64,000 bases of DNA from NCBI GenBank assembly GCA_013239625.1, contig MU057357.1:10486505-10550504 (forward strand), written 5' to 3'. The position numbers were made by a program, and so were the translations under genes. Position 1 is the first letter of the stretch. The number at the start of each line of letters is the position of its first letter. Under the pieces are notes generated by a model that saw only the letters and a list, made by a program, of their open reading frames with translations, did not search any database and had not been told where the DNA came from. The DNA comes from Lama guanicoe (lineage: Eukaryota). Positions 1 to 9,913 of this stretch are shown piece by piece.

Positions 1-334
1 ATTAGTGAAGATAAGGACTCTTGGCTTTGCAACACGTTTTTCCATTTCATTCATGGGCATGAGATGGAAAAACAAGATGAAATGATTCTTTTATTGGGCA
101 TTCAATTGGGCAATCAAAAAAATGTCATGACTATGCCATTAGTTTGTATAAATCCTAGAAATGAGTTTCAAATGAGAGTGTAATATGTTGAGGAAAAGGC
201 GGAAGTGTATAACCTTGGGCAGATCGTTTAACTTCTCTCTGCTTTACATTTACAAGCAGTGATACAAAGAGACAGGATTATATGGTCTCCAAGGTCCCAG
301 CCAGATGGATTTAACATACTATGATTATTTGAAA

Positions 335-585
335 GGCAATTTAGCGGCGTGGTAAGGAGCCTGGGCTCTGCACCCAGACTGCCTATATTTAGATCCTGCT
401 TCACTTCACTTATTAGTCATGTGCAGTGATGGAAAGGTACGTTGTAACCCTTTAAGCCTCAGTCTCCTTTTTGGAAAAATGAGGATAGTAACTCTCATAG
501 GGCCCATTTGAATATTAAACGTAATCAGCACTGTAAACTATTTAGCATTGGGTTTAGTAAGGAATCAATACACAGTACTGTGAAC
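335..585 (+). mobile_element. MIR SINE, near full length
   Basis: Head gcgtggtaaggagcctgggctctg...agactgcct, core aagcctcagtctcctttttggaaaaatgaggatagtaa, then a decayed tail. Confidence 0.8.
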
Positions 586-1109
586 AATTGCTATTTGTTT
601 TACACTATAAATTAAACTCTTTTTCACCCTCTAACAACAACAAAAGCTTTCCTAAGAATTCAGGATGGTATGATTTTTCTTGGTTAAACTCTTTAACATC
701 TTTACACAGTTTTAAAAGTTGATTTAATACCTACACTATTGTTTGAAGTGTTAAAAAATAAGTAAAAACATTAATTTCATTTATATAATCCTGAACAATT
801 GGCTTGATTGTTTTTCACCGTCTCCCTGAGCCCCATCTCAGTAGAATAAGTGTTAAGATTTGAAGCCTATTTAAATGGATGCTTTGGAGACTTATGAAGA
901 ACGTCTGAGATAAGCTAGGACACCATGATTCAGGTCACCAACAAGGAGAGAACAAGTGACATTCCTTCAAATCACAGTCTGAACAATAAATTATTACAAT
1001 ATAGACAATACAATACAATTGTACAATATAATACAATACAAAACACTTTTGAGATACACATTTTTAAAAAAGAAATTCAAAGAAAACTGAGGTTAATGGC
1101 AATAGTTAT

Positions 1110-1262
1110 TATGTATCTTCTAAACACCCTCATAAAATAGTTGTTCAAATTCTCCTTATATGGATGAGACGTTAAGGAACTTGCTGAAGGCCACATAGGA
1201 GCAAACGGTGACACCAAAATTTAGGCTCAGGCGGCCTGACTTCTGAACTCTTAATTAGACTG
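1110..1262 (-). mobile_element. MIR fragment
   Basis: gatgagacgttaaggaacttgctgaaggccacatag resembles the antisense MIR core. Confidence 0.65.
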
Positions 1263-1855
1263 CTTTTAGCACAAGAGCCCTTTGTTCAGGCTTTTTCACA
1301 CAATGTCTATGACCTCTCAAGACACCAAACTACTTCATTATATAAATCTATCCCACTTGTCCATCTGTCCATCCATCCACCCACCCACCCATCTATCCAT
1401 CCCTTGATCCATCAAAGCATGTCTTGGTCTATTAAAATATGGTCTTCAGGGTTTGAACTCTTGGTTCCTGGCTAATGAGTAAAGTGAGAATGATTTGTTA
1501 GACTCTGGCTTTGATACAGTGTGATGATCACACATCTGATTTAGGTACAACTTAACAGCAAATTGAGCATCTCCCCTGGTGGGCCTTTTTGTTAGGCAGT
1601 GAGAATTCTCTTTTTGTGAAACAAATTTGCTAACAGAATGAGTCTTACCAGTTTGTTCCGCTTTCTTCCTTTAAAAGGAAAAAAAAGTTTTCTTTTTTAA
1701 AACATGATGTTGAGTGTTAAAAATAAATAAAAACTGATTAATGTTTCTTATTTAAATTCCACGATGAATCTTAGAATTCCATCTAAAATATTAAAAACAC
1801 TATCTCAAATATAGTTTTAAGCATAATTCTTCAGTTTAAAATTAGGTCACTATGG

Positions 1856-1976
1856 ACAATGAATATATGTATGTTCATGTATAACTGAAAAATTGTGCTC
1901 TACACTTGAATTTGATACAACATTGTAAAATGACTATTACTCAATAAAAAATGTTAAAAAAATAAACAAATAAAAT
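1856..1976 (+). mobile_element. 5'-truncated young camelid-type L1 3' end with A-rich tail
   Basis: gaatatatgtatgttcatgtataactgaaaaattgtgctctacac...acaacattgtaaaatgactattactcaataaaaaatgttaaaaaa. Flanked by the direct repeat aaaattaggtcactatgg (1838-1855 and 1977-1994). Confidence 0.85.
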
Positions 1977-1999
1977 AAAATTAGGTCACTATGGTGGCA

Positions 2000-2170
2000 G
2001 GGGGAGGTGGTGTAGCTCAGTGGTAGAGTGTGTGCTTAGCACGCACGAGGTCCTGGTTCACTCTCCAGTACCTACATTAAATAAACAAACAAATAAATAA
2101 AAACCTAATTACCTCCCCCCAAACAAAATAAATACAGTTTTTAAAAAACAAAAATAAAATTAATAAAAAT
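2000..2170 (+). mobile_element. tRNA-Ala(AGC)-derived camelid SINE (Vic-1-like), copy 1 of a tandem pair
   Basis: ggggaggtggtgtagctcagtggtagagtgtgtgcttagcacgcacgaggtcctggttca...agtacct, followed by aataaacctaattacctcccccc and an A-rich tail. Confidence 0.9.
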
Positions 2171-2193
2171 AAAATTAGGTCACTATGGTGGCA

Positions 2194-2364
2194 GGGGGAG
2201 GTGGTGTAGCTCAGTGGTAGAGTGTGTGCTTAGCACGCACGAGGTCCTGGTTCACTCTCCAGTACCTACATTAAATAAACAAACAAATAAATAAAAACCT
2301 AATTACCTCCCCCCAAACAAAATAAATACAGTTTTTAAAAAACAAAAATAAAATTAATAAAAAT
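2194..2364 (+). mobile_element. tRNA-Ala-derived camelid SINE (Vic-1-like), copy 2, identical to copy 1
   Basis: Exact repeat of 2000-2170 at period 194. Ends at aaaattaggtcacta (2365-2379). Confidence 0.88.
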
Positions 2365-2979
2365 AAAATTAGGTCACTACAAGTAGTCGAAGATTGAGCT
2401 AACAAAGATATTCATTTCCTTGCCCTTCCATCATCATCCCTTTGTGGGAAAAAATTCACTAATATGTTGCCTATTGCATCTCTCTCTCTTTTTTTAACTA
2501 GTCACTATATTTGTAAGCCTCATATGGAAAATCAATTTCTGCTTTATTCTTGTTTGCTTGGTTTTATTTTCCTAAATACATCCTTCTTGTAAGGAGCCAA
2601 TCACACATGGTGTTCTCCCTGTTCGTAAATCCTTCTACTTCATATTTTTCGTTCTGATTTCCTCTGGTTCTGTTTTCCCCTTTGTCACAGGCATTGTGGA
2701 GCTGGAGATCTGTCAGCACCACGAAGTGTCCTCTCAACTTTTTGATCCTCAGGTAAGGCAGCCTAGTTCATGTTAGCTGTGAAGAGGAGGCAGGGCGGGG
2801 GACACAGCCAGCAGGCAGAGGAGCTGACCAGTCTCCCTGAAGGAGAGGGCCTGCTCTACCTTTCACTGGATGGATGGATGGGTCGGTGAATGTGGATGCA
2901 TTTCCAGGGCCACCCCATTACAAGGCCTTCAAAATAAGCCTGTTAGAAGCTCGGTCAATGTCATAGTCATGGGTTTAGT

Positions 2980-3308
2980 CAATAGTCAAAATGGGTGGCT
3001 CGTAAACAACAGAAATTTATTTCTCACAGTTCTGGGGGCTGGGAAGTCCAAGATCATGGAACCAGCAGACCTGGTGTCTGGTGACAGCCACTCTCACAGA
3101 CAACTGTCCTTCTGCTATAACATCACATGGTGGAATTGACGTGCTAACTCTCTGGAGTCTCTGATTAAGACACTATTCCCATTCATGAAGGCTCCACTTG
3201 CATGATCTAATCATCTCCAGTGGCCCCCACTTTCTAACACCACCACCTTGGGGGTTAGGTTTCAACATATGAATTTTGCAGGGGGATGCAAACATTCACA
3301 CCATAGCA
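2980..3308 (-). mobile_element. MaLR LTR, MLT1A-like solo LTR
   Basis: aaacaacagaaatttatttctcacagttctgggggctgggaagtccaagatc...ttaggtttcaacatatgaatttt...aacattcacaccatagca; the end is the reverse complement of the MLT1A start TGCTATGGTxTGAATGTT. Confidence 0.88.
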
Positions 3309-3429
3309 GTCAGTTATCTGCCAACTGTGTGTCTCTGACTTCTTTACTGACTCAGTTTCTCCACTGTTTCTGGTCAAGGGTCAATCTCACTCCAAAGCTG
3401 TCTTTTCTTACTAATGTTGGATCCACCAA

Positions 3430-3765
3430 TCAGGATACGATGTCATGCTGCATCAATAAACAACCTCTACATCTCAGTGGCTGAAAACAACACATATCTC
3501 TTTTCTGTTCATGTTGCAAGTCATGCAAGGACCCAGGATGATGAAGTAGGCTCTTACTTGACCAGTGCTGGTTATTATGCCAGAAAGAGGAAAGAACTCT
3601 GCAAAGTCTTGCATTGACAATCAAATACTCAGCCACAGGTCAGGGTCTTGAATTAGACACATGAGCTTTCCCAACCTCAAGGGATCCAGGAAGTACAATC
3701 TGTAACACGGTCTTATTTCCTATGCTCTGGAAGTGGGAAGTCAGAAACATTCAGTGAGCAGCAGG
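3430..3765 (-). mobile_element. Old MaLR LTR (MLT1K/L-like)
   Basis: atgctgcatcaataaacaacctctacatctcagtggctgaaaacaacac...ggacccaggatgatg...ccaggaagtacaatc. Confidence 0.65.
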
Positions 3766-4099
3766 GTAGTAATTTTATCTTTTAATTAAACAAATGGAGG
3801 ATAGCAGCTCCTTAGGTTTTTTTTTCTTTGGTCTAGTTCTAATTTATTGACTCTTAATTAATATATCCTGATATCTTTCTATTTCCCATTACTAAGTTTG
3901 TCCTTTCTTTCCAGTATCACATTATTTTCAGTAAATATTGTGTGTCCTTTGCCCAGCAGTCTAACTTTTTGCTACCCCAGTGTCTATTCTCATTCCTCAG
4001 CCTCAAATCCATTTTCTTTATTAGATTTCTCTGGACTCCCACAGCTCTTTCTGTCTGCACCACACAACTTAACCTTTAATTATTTGCCTACTGGGCGTT

Positions 4100-4270
4100 C
4101 CACTTGGTTCTGCCTTTTGTCAGCTGAATCAGAACATAACTTTCTCTCATCGCCTCCCTTCCCTCCTCCAAATTGACTCTACCTCCCGATCCCTGTTTCC
4201 AAAGTTGTTCCATTATTTTTCCCAGCACTCAGCCTCAGAATCTTCATTTCTTTTTGACTCTTTTTCTAAT
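4100..4270 (+). mobile_element. L2 fragment
   Basis: Pyrimidine-rich ...cccagcactcagcctcagaatcttcatttctttttgactc resembles the L2 3' region. Confidence 0.5.
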
Positions 4271-4729
4271 CTCTTGCTTCTCATAATTGTGCAGTTACTA
4301 AACTCTTCCTCGTGCCCCACTGTGCTCAGGTCGATCAAATGACATAGGGAAAGTGAGAAGCATGTTGCAGGTTCTGCATACAAAGGGATATTGCTCTCTC
4401 TTCCTTTAACTGTTTTTCATGACTTCCTTCATTTATTTATTCGTCATTCATTTATTCATGCACTTATGCAGGACCTAAGTGCTTTCTTGGAACTGTGCTT
4501 GTTACCAAGGGAGCCACATTTTAACTATAAGTCTCTGCTCTCGGGGTGTCACATCTGGTTGAAGAAATCACATATCCGTACTTACAGGTAGCTTGGTAAC
4601 TTGTTGCTAATACGATTGAAACAAGGGATATGGAGAAGGGGCAACAGCGATGCTGTGGAGTGGTCCAGGAAGGCTCCAGGTGGTAGTGAGAGTGGTGATG
4701 ACTGCTCATATACTTGCAGATGAAAACAT

Positions 4730-5250
4730 CTGAAGGCTTCCCAGAATACTTAGAATAAAACCGGCACTCTTTGTTAAAGGCTTCTAGAATCTTCATTACC
4801 CTTTTCAGTTTCATCTAAGACTTTCTGACTTTCTGGGCTCTAGCCACACTAATCTTCTGTCAGTTCCTCCGGCATACCAAGCTTGTCAGCGTTATTGTGC
4901 CTTTGGACCAGCGAGGTTCTCTTTGCTCAGACTTCTGTTTCTACAGATCTTGGCAAGGCTGGCTCTTTCTTGCTGTTTGACTCAGACGGCAATCCTGAGA
5001 GAGACATGCCCTAAATACTCAATCTTAAATAGTACCCCCTTCTTCCATAACCCTGTTTTTCAGAGCTCTTGTTTTTTCTTTTAAAAAAACCCTTATCATC
5101 TGAAAATATCTTGCTTGCTCAATTGTTTATTTGTCACCGATCCCCTCTCTCCTCTTCTTAGGATGTCGTGTCACCCCCTTGGACCAGAACCTCCCGTTGA
5201 TGAGTGCAGGGCACAAAGTAAGTGCTCACTACTGCTTAGTTGTTATTTTA
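4730..5250 (+). mobile_element. L2a 3' region
   Basis: ggcttcccagaatacttagaataaaacc...tctagccacactaatcttctgtcagttcctc...ggctggctctttcttg, ending in a ggcacaaagtaagtgctca tail. Confidence 0.7.
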
Positions 5251-5765
5251 AAAGCTCTTTCCAGGTGTGAACCCGGTCTGTGCTATGCACTCTATTGCCA
5301 GGGCTGAGACAAAGCACGACATATCATATGTTCTAAATAGATACCTACTGCTATTGTACAGCTTCCTTGGCACCAGTCTCTCTGTTTCTCTTCCAGTGAC
5401 CGTTGCCAAACTTCATTGCCAGGTTCTTTCTTCTTAATGCTACTTTTATCATGTAATAAATGTTCTGGCCAGAGGGATGTATGTGGAAGTGAGGAATGCC
5501 ACTTCCAAGACTGTCCAGTTAAAATCTACCATGTATGATCTTTCCTTCTTTTCCGTTTTCTACTAAGTAAATGAATAGGACCTTAGTGATTTAGGGCATG
5601 TCAGGCCCATGATGTGGAAAGAGAAGTGGTTTCTAAAAGACCATGTGTAAGATTAGGAACATTTGCTTTGAATTGTGATGACAGCAAGAAATGTGTGTGT
5701 GTTTGCGCATGTGTGCGTATGCAAGTGTGTATTATACCTCTAAGAATTTAGCCCTATTCTATTTT

Positions 5766-5797
5766 ACTTGATCTTAGCCAAAAGGCCGAGAATCGAT
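5766..5797 (-). pseudogene. 3'-truncated U2 snRNA retropseudogene (nt 1-32) with target-site duplication
   Basis: Minus strand ATCGATTCTCGGCCTTTTGGCTAAGATCAAGT versus the U2 5' end ATCGCTTCTCGGCCTTTTGGCTAAGATCAAGT (31/32). Flanked by gccctattctattt (5751-5764) and gcccttatctattt (5798-5811). Confidence 0.92.
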
Positions 5798-5984
5798 GCC
5801 CTTATCTATTTCAGTGCTTAGTGTTACTTATTCTAACTGATATATTTGACAACTAAGTCTTCCATCATTTAGTTACAGGTACATTTCCAGCTCTTCAGTT
5901 ACTATACACATTCTCAGTCATAAGCTATTTCTCCCCTGAAAGGACAGTTTCTTTAACTATCTTATTCTCCTTAACATCTACCCT

Positions 5985-6190
5985 GTAGTATTAAGCACTG
6001 GAAAGCACATGGACTTTGGAATTATCTTAGAAAAACCTGAGGTTGAATTCAAGAATTGCCTCTACCTAGCAACATACACTTGACATATTATTTACCATCC
6101 CAAAACTTAGTTCTCTTCTCTGTATAAATGGAGGAAAAGAATACCTAACTCGCCATAGTTTAGTCAAGAATTAAGTGAGATGGTGCACTT
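5985..6190 (+). mobile_element. MIR SINE
   Basis: ggaaagcacatggactttgga...cctgaggttgaattc...cttagttctcttctctgtataaatggag...gaattaagtgagatg. Confidence 0.75.
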
Positions 6191-6344
6191 GACTCCCATA
6201 GATGGTGCACTTGACTTCCATGTTAATTAAGCACACCTTTCTTTGTTACCCCAAGAAACTTCTCTCCCTTCTCTATACTTGGAAAACATTTCTGAGTCTT
6301 GCAAGTTCTCCACTGTGCCCCAAGTTTTCTGGAGCACAATATTT

Positions 6345-6585
6345 ACAAAGTAGAAGCATGCCCTCTGGGCTCAATCTTGACTTTGACTCTGAATAGTCAA
6401 GGGTCAACTTTAGATAAGTTACTTAACACCTTTATGCTTCCACTCCGTCGTTCCATTGTATTTAAAGCTGGAATAGGCCTAGCACCTGACTTGTAGGATA
6501 GAAGGTTAAATAAGTTCATGAGTGTGAAGTCCGCAGATGAGTGCAGGGCACAGAATAAGTGCTCACTACTCTTAGCTGTTACTTT
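6345..6585 (+). mobile_element. MIR SINE
   Basis: actttagataagttacttaac...ggttaaataagttcatgagtgtgaagt...ggcacagaataagtgctca...ttagctgtta. Confidence 0.7.
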
Positions 6586-8544
6586 AAAATTATTCTCTCA
6601 AACCTTTCAAACCTAACTATCCTAGCTCGTGCTGACACAAGTTCTCCATACTTAAGACACCTATGTTCGTTGTACTATTTCTTGTGAAAAAGAAAGCTTT
6701 CTTGACCAGTAATTTTGTGGGTTATAGTTCTTAATATCCACAGTGGCTCTACACCAAACCTATTAGCCAGTGTTGTAGGCGGCACAAATAAAGTTAAACT
6801 AAACTCCATTAAAAAAATTGCAAGCCTGCTCCCTTGTGCACCGTACTTTGCTACCATGTGTTGTTTCACTCTTAGTGCAAAGATTTCTTCTCGCTCCAAT
6901 TTAACACTGCAGTGCAAGTTATTAATTTGAGCTAGACTTTGGTGTGGGGCAAACAAAAATTGGGGGGGAAAGATTCAATCAGTGAATAAATGGGTTAAAA
7001 TTCTCAGAAGCTTGATTATACTAATAAGAAATACATATAGTCAAATATATCTAGCAAATTATTGGTTGTTTATTGATTATCTGACTAAAAATAGAGCAGA
7101 ATAGATAGCAGGAAGTCTTATCTCTAAGTCACAAAACCCATAACCGTCATTGTTAGGCTCTGTATTATGATTTATTGCTATTGTTTTGCATATTTTTATC
7201 TTTGCTTCTCATTTCTGCTTTTTAATCATTTGACTAATTATGATCAAACCAAAGATATTTACCATCAAAATCTTATCAGTGTTTTCCCATTTTGCACAAA
7301 CATATAACAACCACATTTCATTCTTAATTAATAGTAAAATGAAATATTTACCAAAAAAACAATATAAGGAAATGATACTTTATTGTCACAAATCAAGTCA
7401 TCTGATTTCTAATTTGTTTATAAATGGCTTGGAATAAATCAGAGAACAGCTCGGGAAACATTGTTCTAGGGCCATCTTGAGACCTGGCACTCTTCCCTAC
7501 TCTGCTCCGGGAACGAATTATTTCTCTCTCAACAACTGCTTAGTTTCTGTACATGGAAATTATAATCCTAAAGACCAACATGAAATATTTTAGGAGCCTA
7601 ATCTCTGGCTGAGATAACAATAATTAAGAGAAAAAGACTAACAAATATATTTGCCATCTGCTCCTCTTGTTTTAACTCTGTCCTGAGTCCGATACTGTAA
7701 CAATGACATATCTGAATATCATTATTCAGTCTCACAGAGAATCACCCCTACAGAGGTCATCTCACATCCTTAGAATTGTATCATGAATTTATTACATTAA
7801 GATCCACTATAAGAATTTTGTATAATTTATGAGGGAGTTATCAAGGATGTTGTCTTTTATTTCATTCAAAATGTTACTAAAGTCATATAGTATAAATTCT
7901 TGTAGAGTTCAGAACTTGTTCAAGTGTCTCTTGATGAACTACTTGCCTTTTCTAATTACACCATTAGAGTTTTTCCTTTTCTTCCTTATCTTGAATTAAG
8001 GGTACTCAGAGTTAGAGTTTTTGATTAATTGTAGCAGCTTCTCTGGGTTTGATTTTTCTTTAAAATTATTTTTTTCTACCCTATCTTTCTCCTTCTTCCT
8101 TCTGTTCAACATTGCTTTATTATTCAATTCTTGAATTTTTTTCTCTTCTTTAAACAACTTCATTGTATTCTTACTTTTTGCCACCATTGCTTCACATCCT
8201 TTGAAGAACCTTCTATTTTCTGTGTTTTCTAAAGAATGACTAGCCAGTATGAAATTATTTTTCTGTTAATTTCTGTATGAGGATTAACCTACTGGGCTGT
8301 AGATACTACCTTCCAGACACAATAGGCCGTCTTTTTAAATTTATAACTGATGGTGAAAATTTTAGGTCAAAAAGGAAGAAGGAACAATGCCACCAGGGCC
8401 ACTGGGAGTGTTTGCCGAGTAGGTCTCTATAGTGCACAGTAATTCTGCTCCTATCTTAGATGACGTTTGAATTCAAAAGAAGCATGGAGATCATCTCGAC
8501 TAAAACCCTTAGTTGCCATATTTTATCTGTGAGAAAATGGAGTT

Positions 8545-9050
8545 TGCTCTGGCATAAGGGTAAACATATACGTCAATGGAATAGAGTGAGAGTTCAAAAA
8601 TAAACCCTCACGTATAAGGTCAATTGATTTTCTACAAGGGTATCAAGAAAATTCAATGGAGAAAGGTAACCTTTTCAATAAATAGTGTTGGAACAATTGG
8701 TTATCTACATATAAAATGATTCTGGACCTCTTCCTCTCTCCATATTAAAAAAAAGTTAATTTAAAATGGTCAGAGAGCAAAAAAAGAGCTAAAACTATAT
8801 ATACCATGGGAGAAAATATAGGAGTAGATCTTTGTGACCTTGGGTTAAGCAAAGCCTTCCTAGTTGTGACACTGAAAACACAAGTGACAAAAGAAAAGAC
8901 AGATGAACTGAAATTCATCAAAATTAAAAACTTTTGTGTTTTGAAAGATATTACCACAAAAGTGAAAATACAACTCCACAGAATGTAGAAACTATTTGCA
9001 TATATATGTTTGGTAAGAGGCTTATACCTACAATTAAAAAGAAAACTTTT
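8545..9050 (+). mobile_element. Old L1 (L1MB-like) ORF2 3' region, 5' piece
   Basis: ctggcataagggtaaacatatacgtcaatggaatagag...ggtcaattgattttctacaagggt...; decayed ORF2 peptide (ORF 8806-8988 ENIGVDLCDLGLSKAFL...IKIKNFC). Confidence 0.9.
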
Positions 9051-9051
9051 A

Positions 9052-9433
9052 TGATGCTCAATATTGTTAATTATCAGAGAAATGCAAATCAAAACTACAA
9101 TTGGGTATCACTTCACACTGGTCAGAATGGCCATCATTAAAAAGTCCACAAACAATAAATGCTGGAGAGGCTGTGGAGAAAAGGGATCCCTCCTACACAG
9201 TTGGTGGGAATGTAGTTTGCTGTAGCCACTGTGGGAAATTGTATGGTGATTCCTTAAAAAACTAAAAATAGAGTTACCATATGATCTAGCAATCACACTG
9301 CTGGGCGTATGTCCAGAGGAAACTCTAATTCGAAAAGATACATGCACGCCAATGTTCATAGCAGCACTATTTACAGTAGCCAAGACATGGAAGCAATCTA
9401 AAAGTCCACTGACAGATGACTGGATTAAGAAGA

Positions 9434-9465
<32 letters not shown>

Positions 9466-9907
9466 ATGGAATACTACTTAACCATAAAAAAGAATGAAAT
9501 AATGCCATTTGTAGCAAATTGGATGGACCTAGAGATTATCATACTAAGTGAAATCAGACAAAGACAAATATATATCACTTATATGTGGAGTCTAAAAAAT
9601 GATACAAGTGAACTTATTTACAAAACAGAAACAGACTCACAGACATTTAAAACAAACTTATAGTTACTGAAGGGGAATGGGAAGGGAGGGAATAAATTAG
9701 GAGTTTGGGATTAGCAGATACAAACTACTCTATATAAGATAGATAAACAACAAGGTCCTACTGCACAGCACAGGGAACTATATTCAATATCTTGTAATAA
9801 CCTATAATGAAAAGAATATGAAAAAAATATATGTATAACTGAATCACCATACTGTACACCAGAAACTAATACAACAATGTAAACCAACCATACTTCAATA
9901 AAAAAAA
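9052..9907 (+). mobile_element. Younger cetartiodactyl/camelid-type L1 (ORF2 end plus 3' UTR) nested in the older L1
   Basis: agagaaatgcaaatcaaaactacaa...[15 protein letters not shown] (ORF 9352)...ggagtttgggattagcagatacaaactact...ctgtacaccagaaactaatacaacaatgtaa...cttcaataaaaaaaa. Degenerate TSD aaaactttta / aaaagtttta. Confidence 0.9.
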
Positions 9908-9913
9908 GTTTTA

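Noticed and set aside
2000-2075. tRNA-Ala(AGC)-like sequences here and at 2194, 11577, 24665 and 55709 as tRNA genes
   Set aside because: They have damaged stems or B-boxes, a shared non-tRNA tail, A-rich ends and in several cases TSDs. They are SINE copies.
1838-2379. Four direct repeats with intervening sequence as a CRISPR-like array
   Set aside because: The DNA is eukaryotic, the repeats are 15-bp TSDs, and the spacers are an L1 tail and SINEs.
2712-2732. REST/NRSE site (gtcagcaccacgaagtgtcc)
   Set aside because: Only the left half matches; the GGACAG half is 3/6.
7990-8200. Lys/Glu-rich minus ORF (7996-8187), and the similar A-rich block at ~31200-31650, as coiled-coil coding exons
   Set aside because: More likely very old L1-ORF1/HAL1-like or simply A-rich sequence. 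I could not assign it confidently and saw no coherent splice sites.
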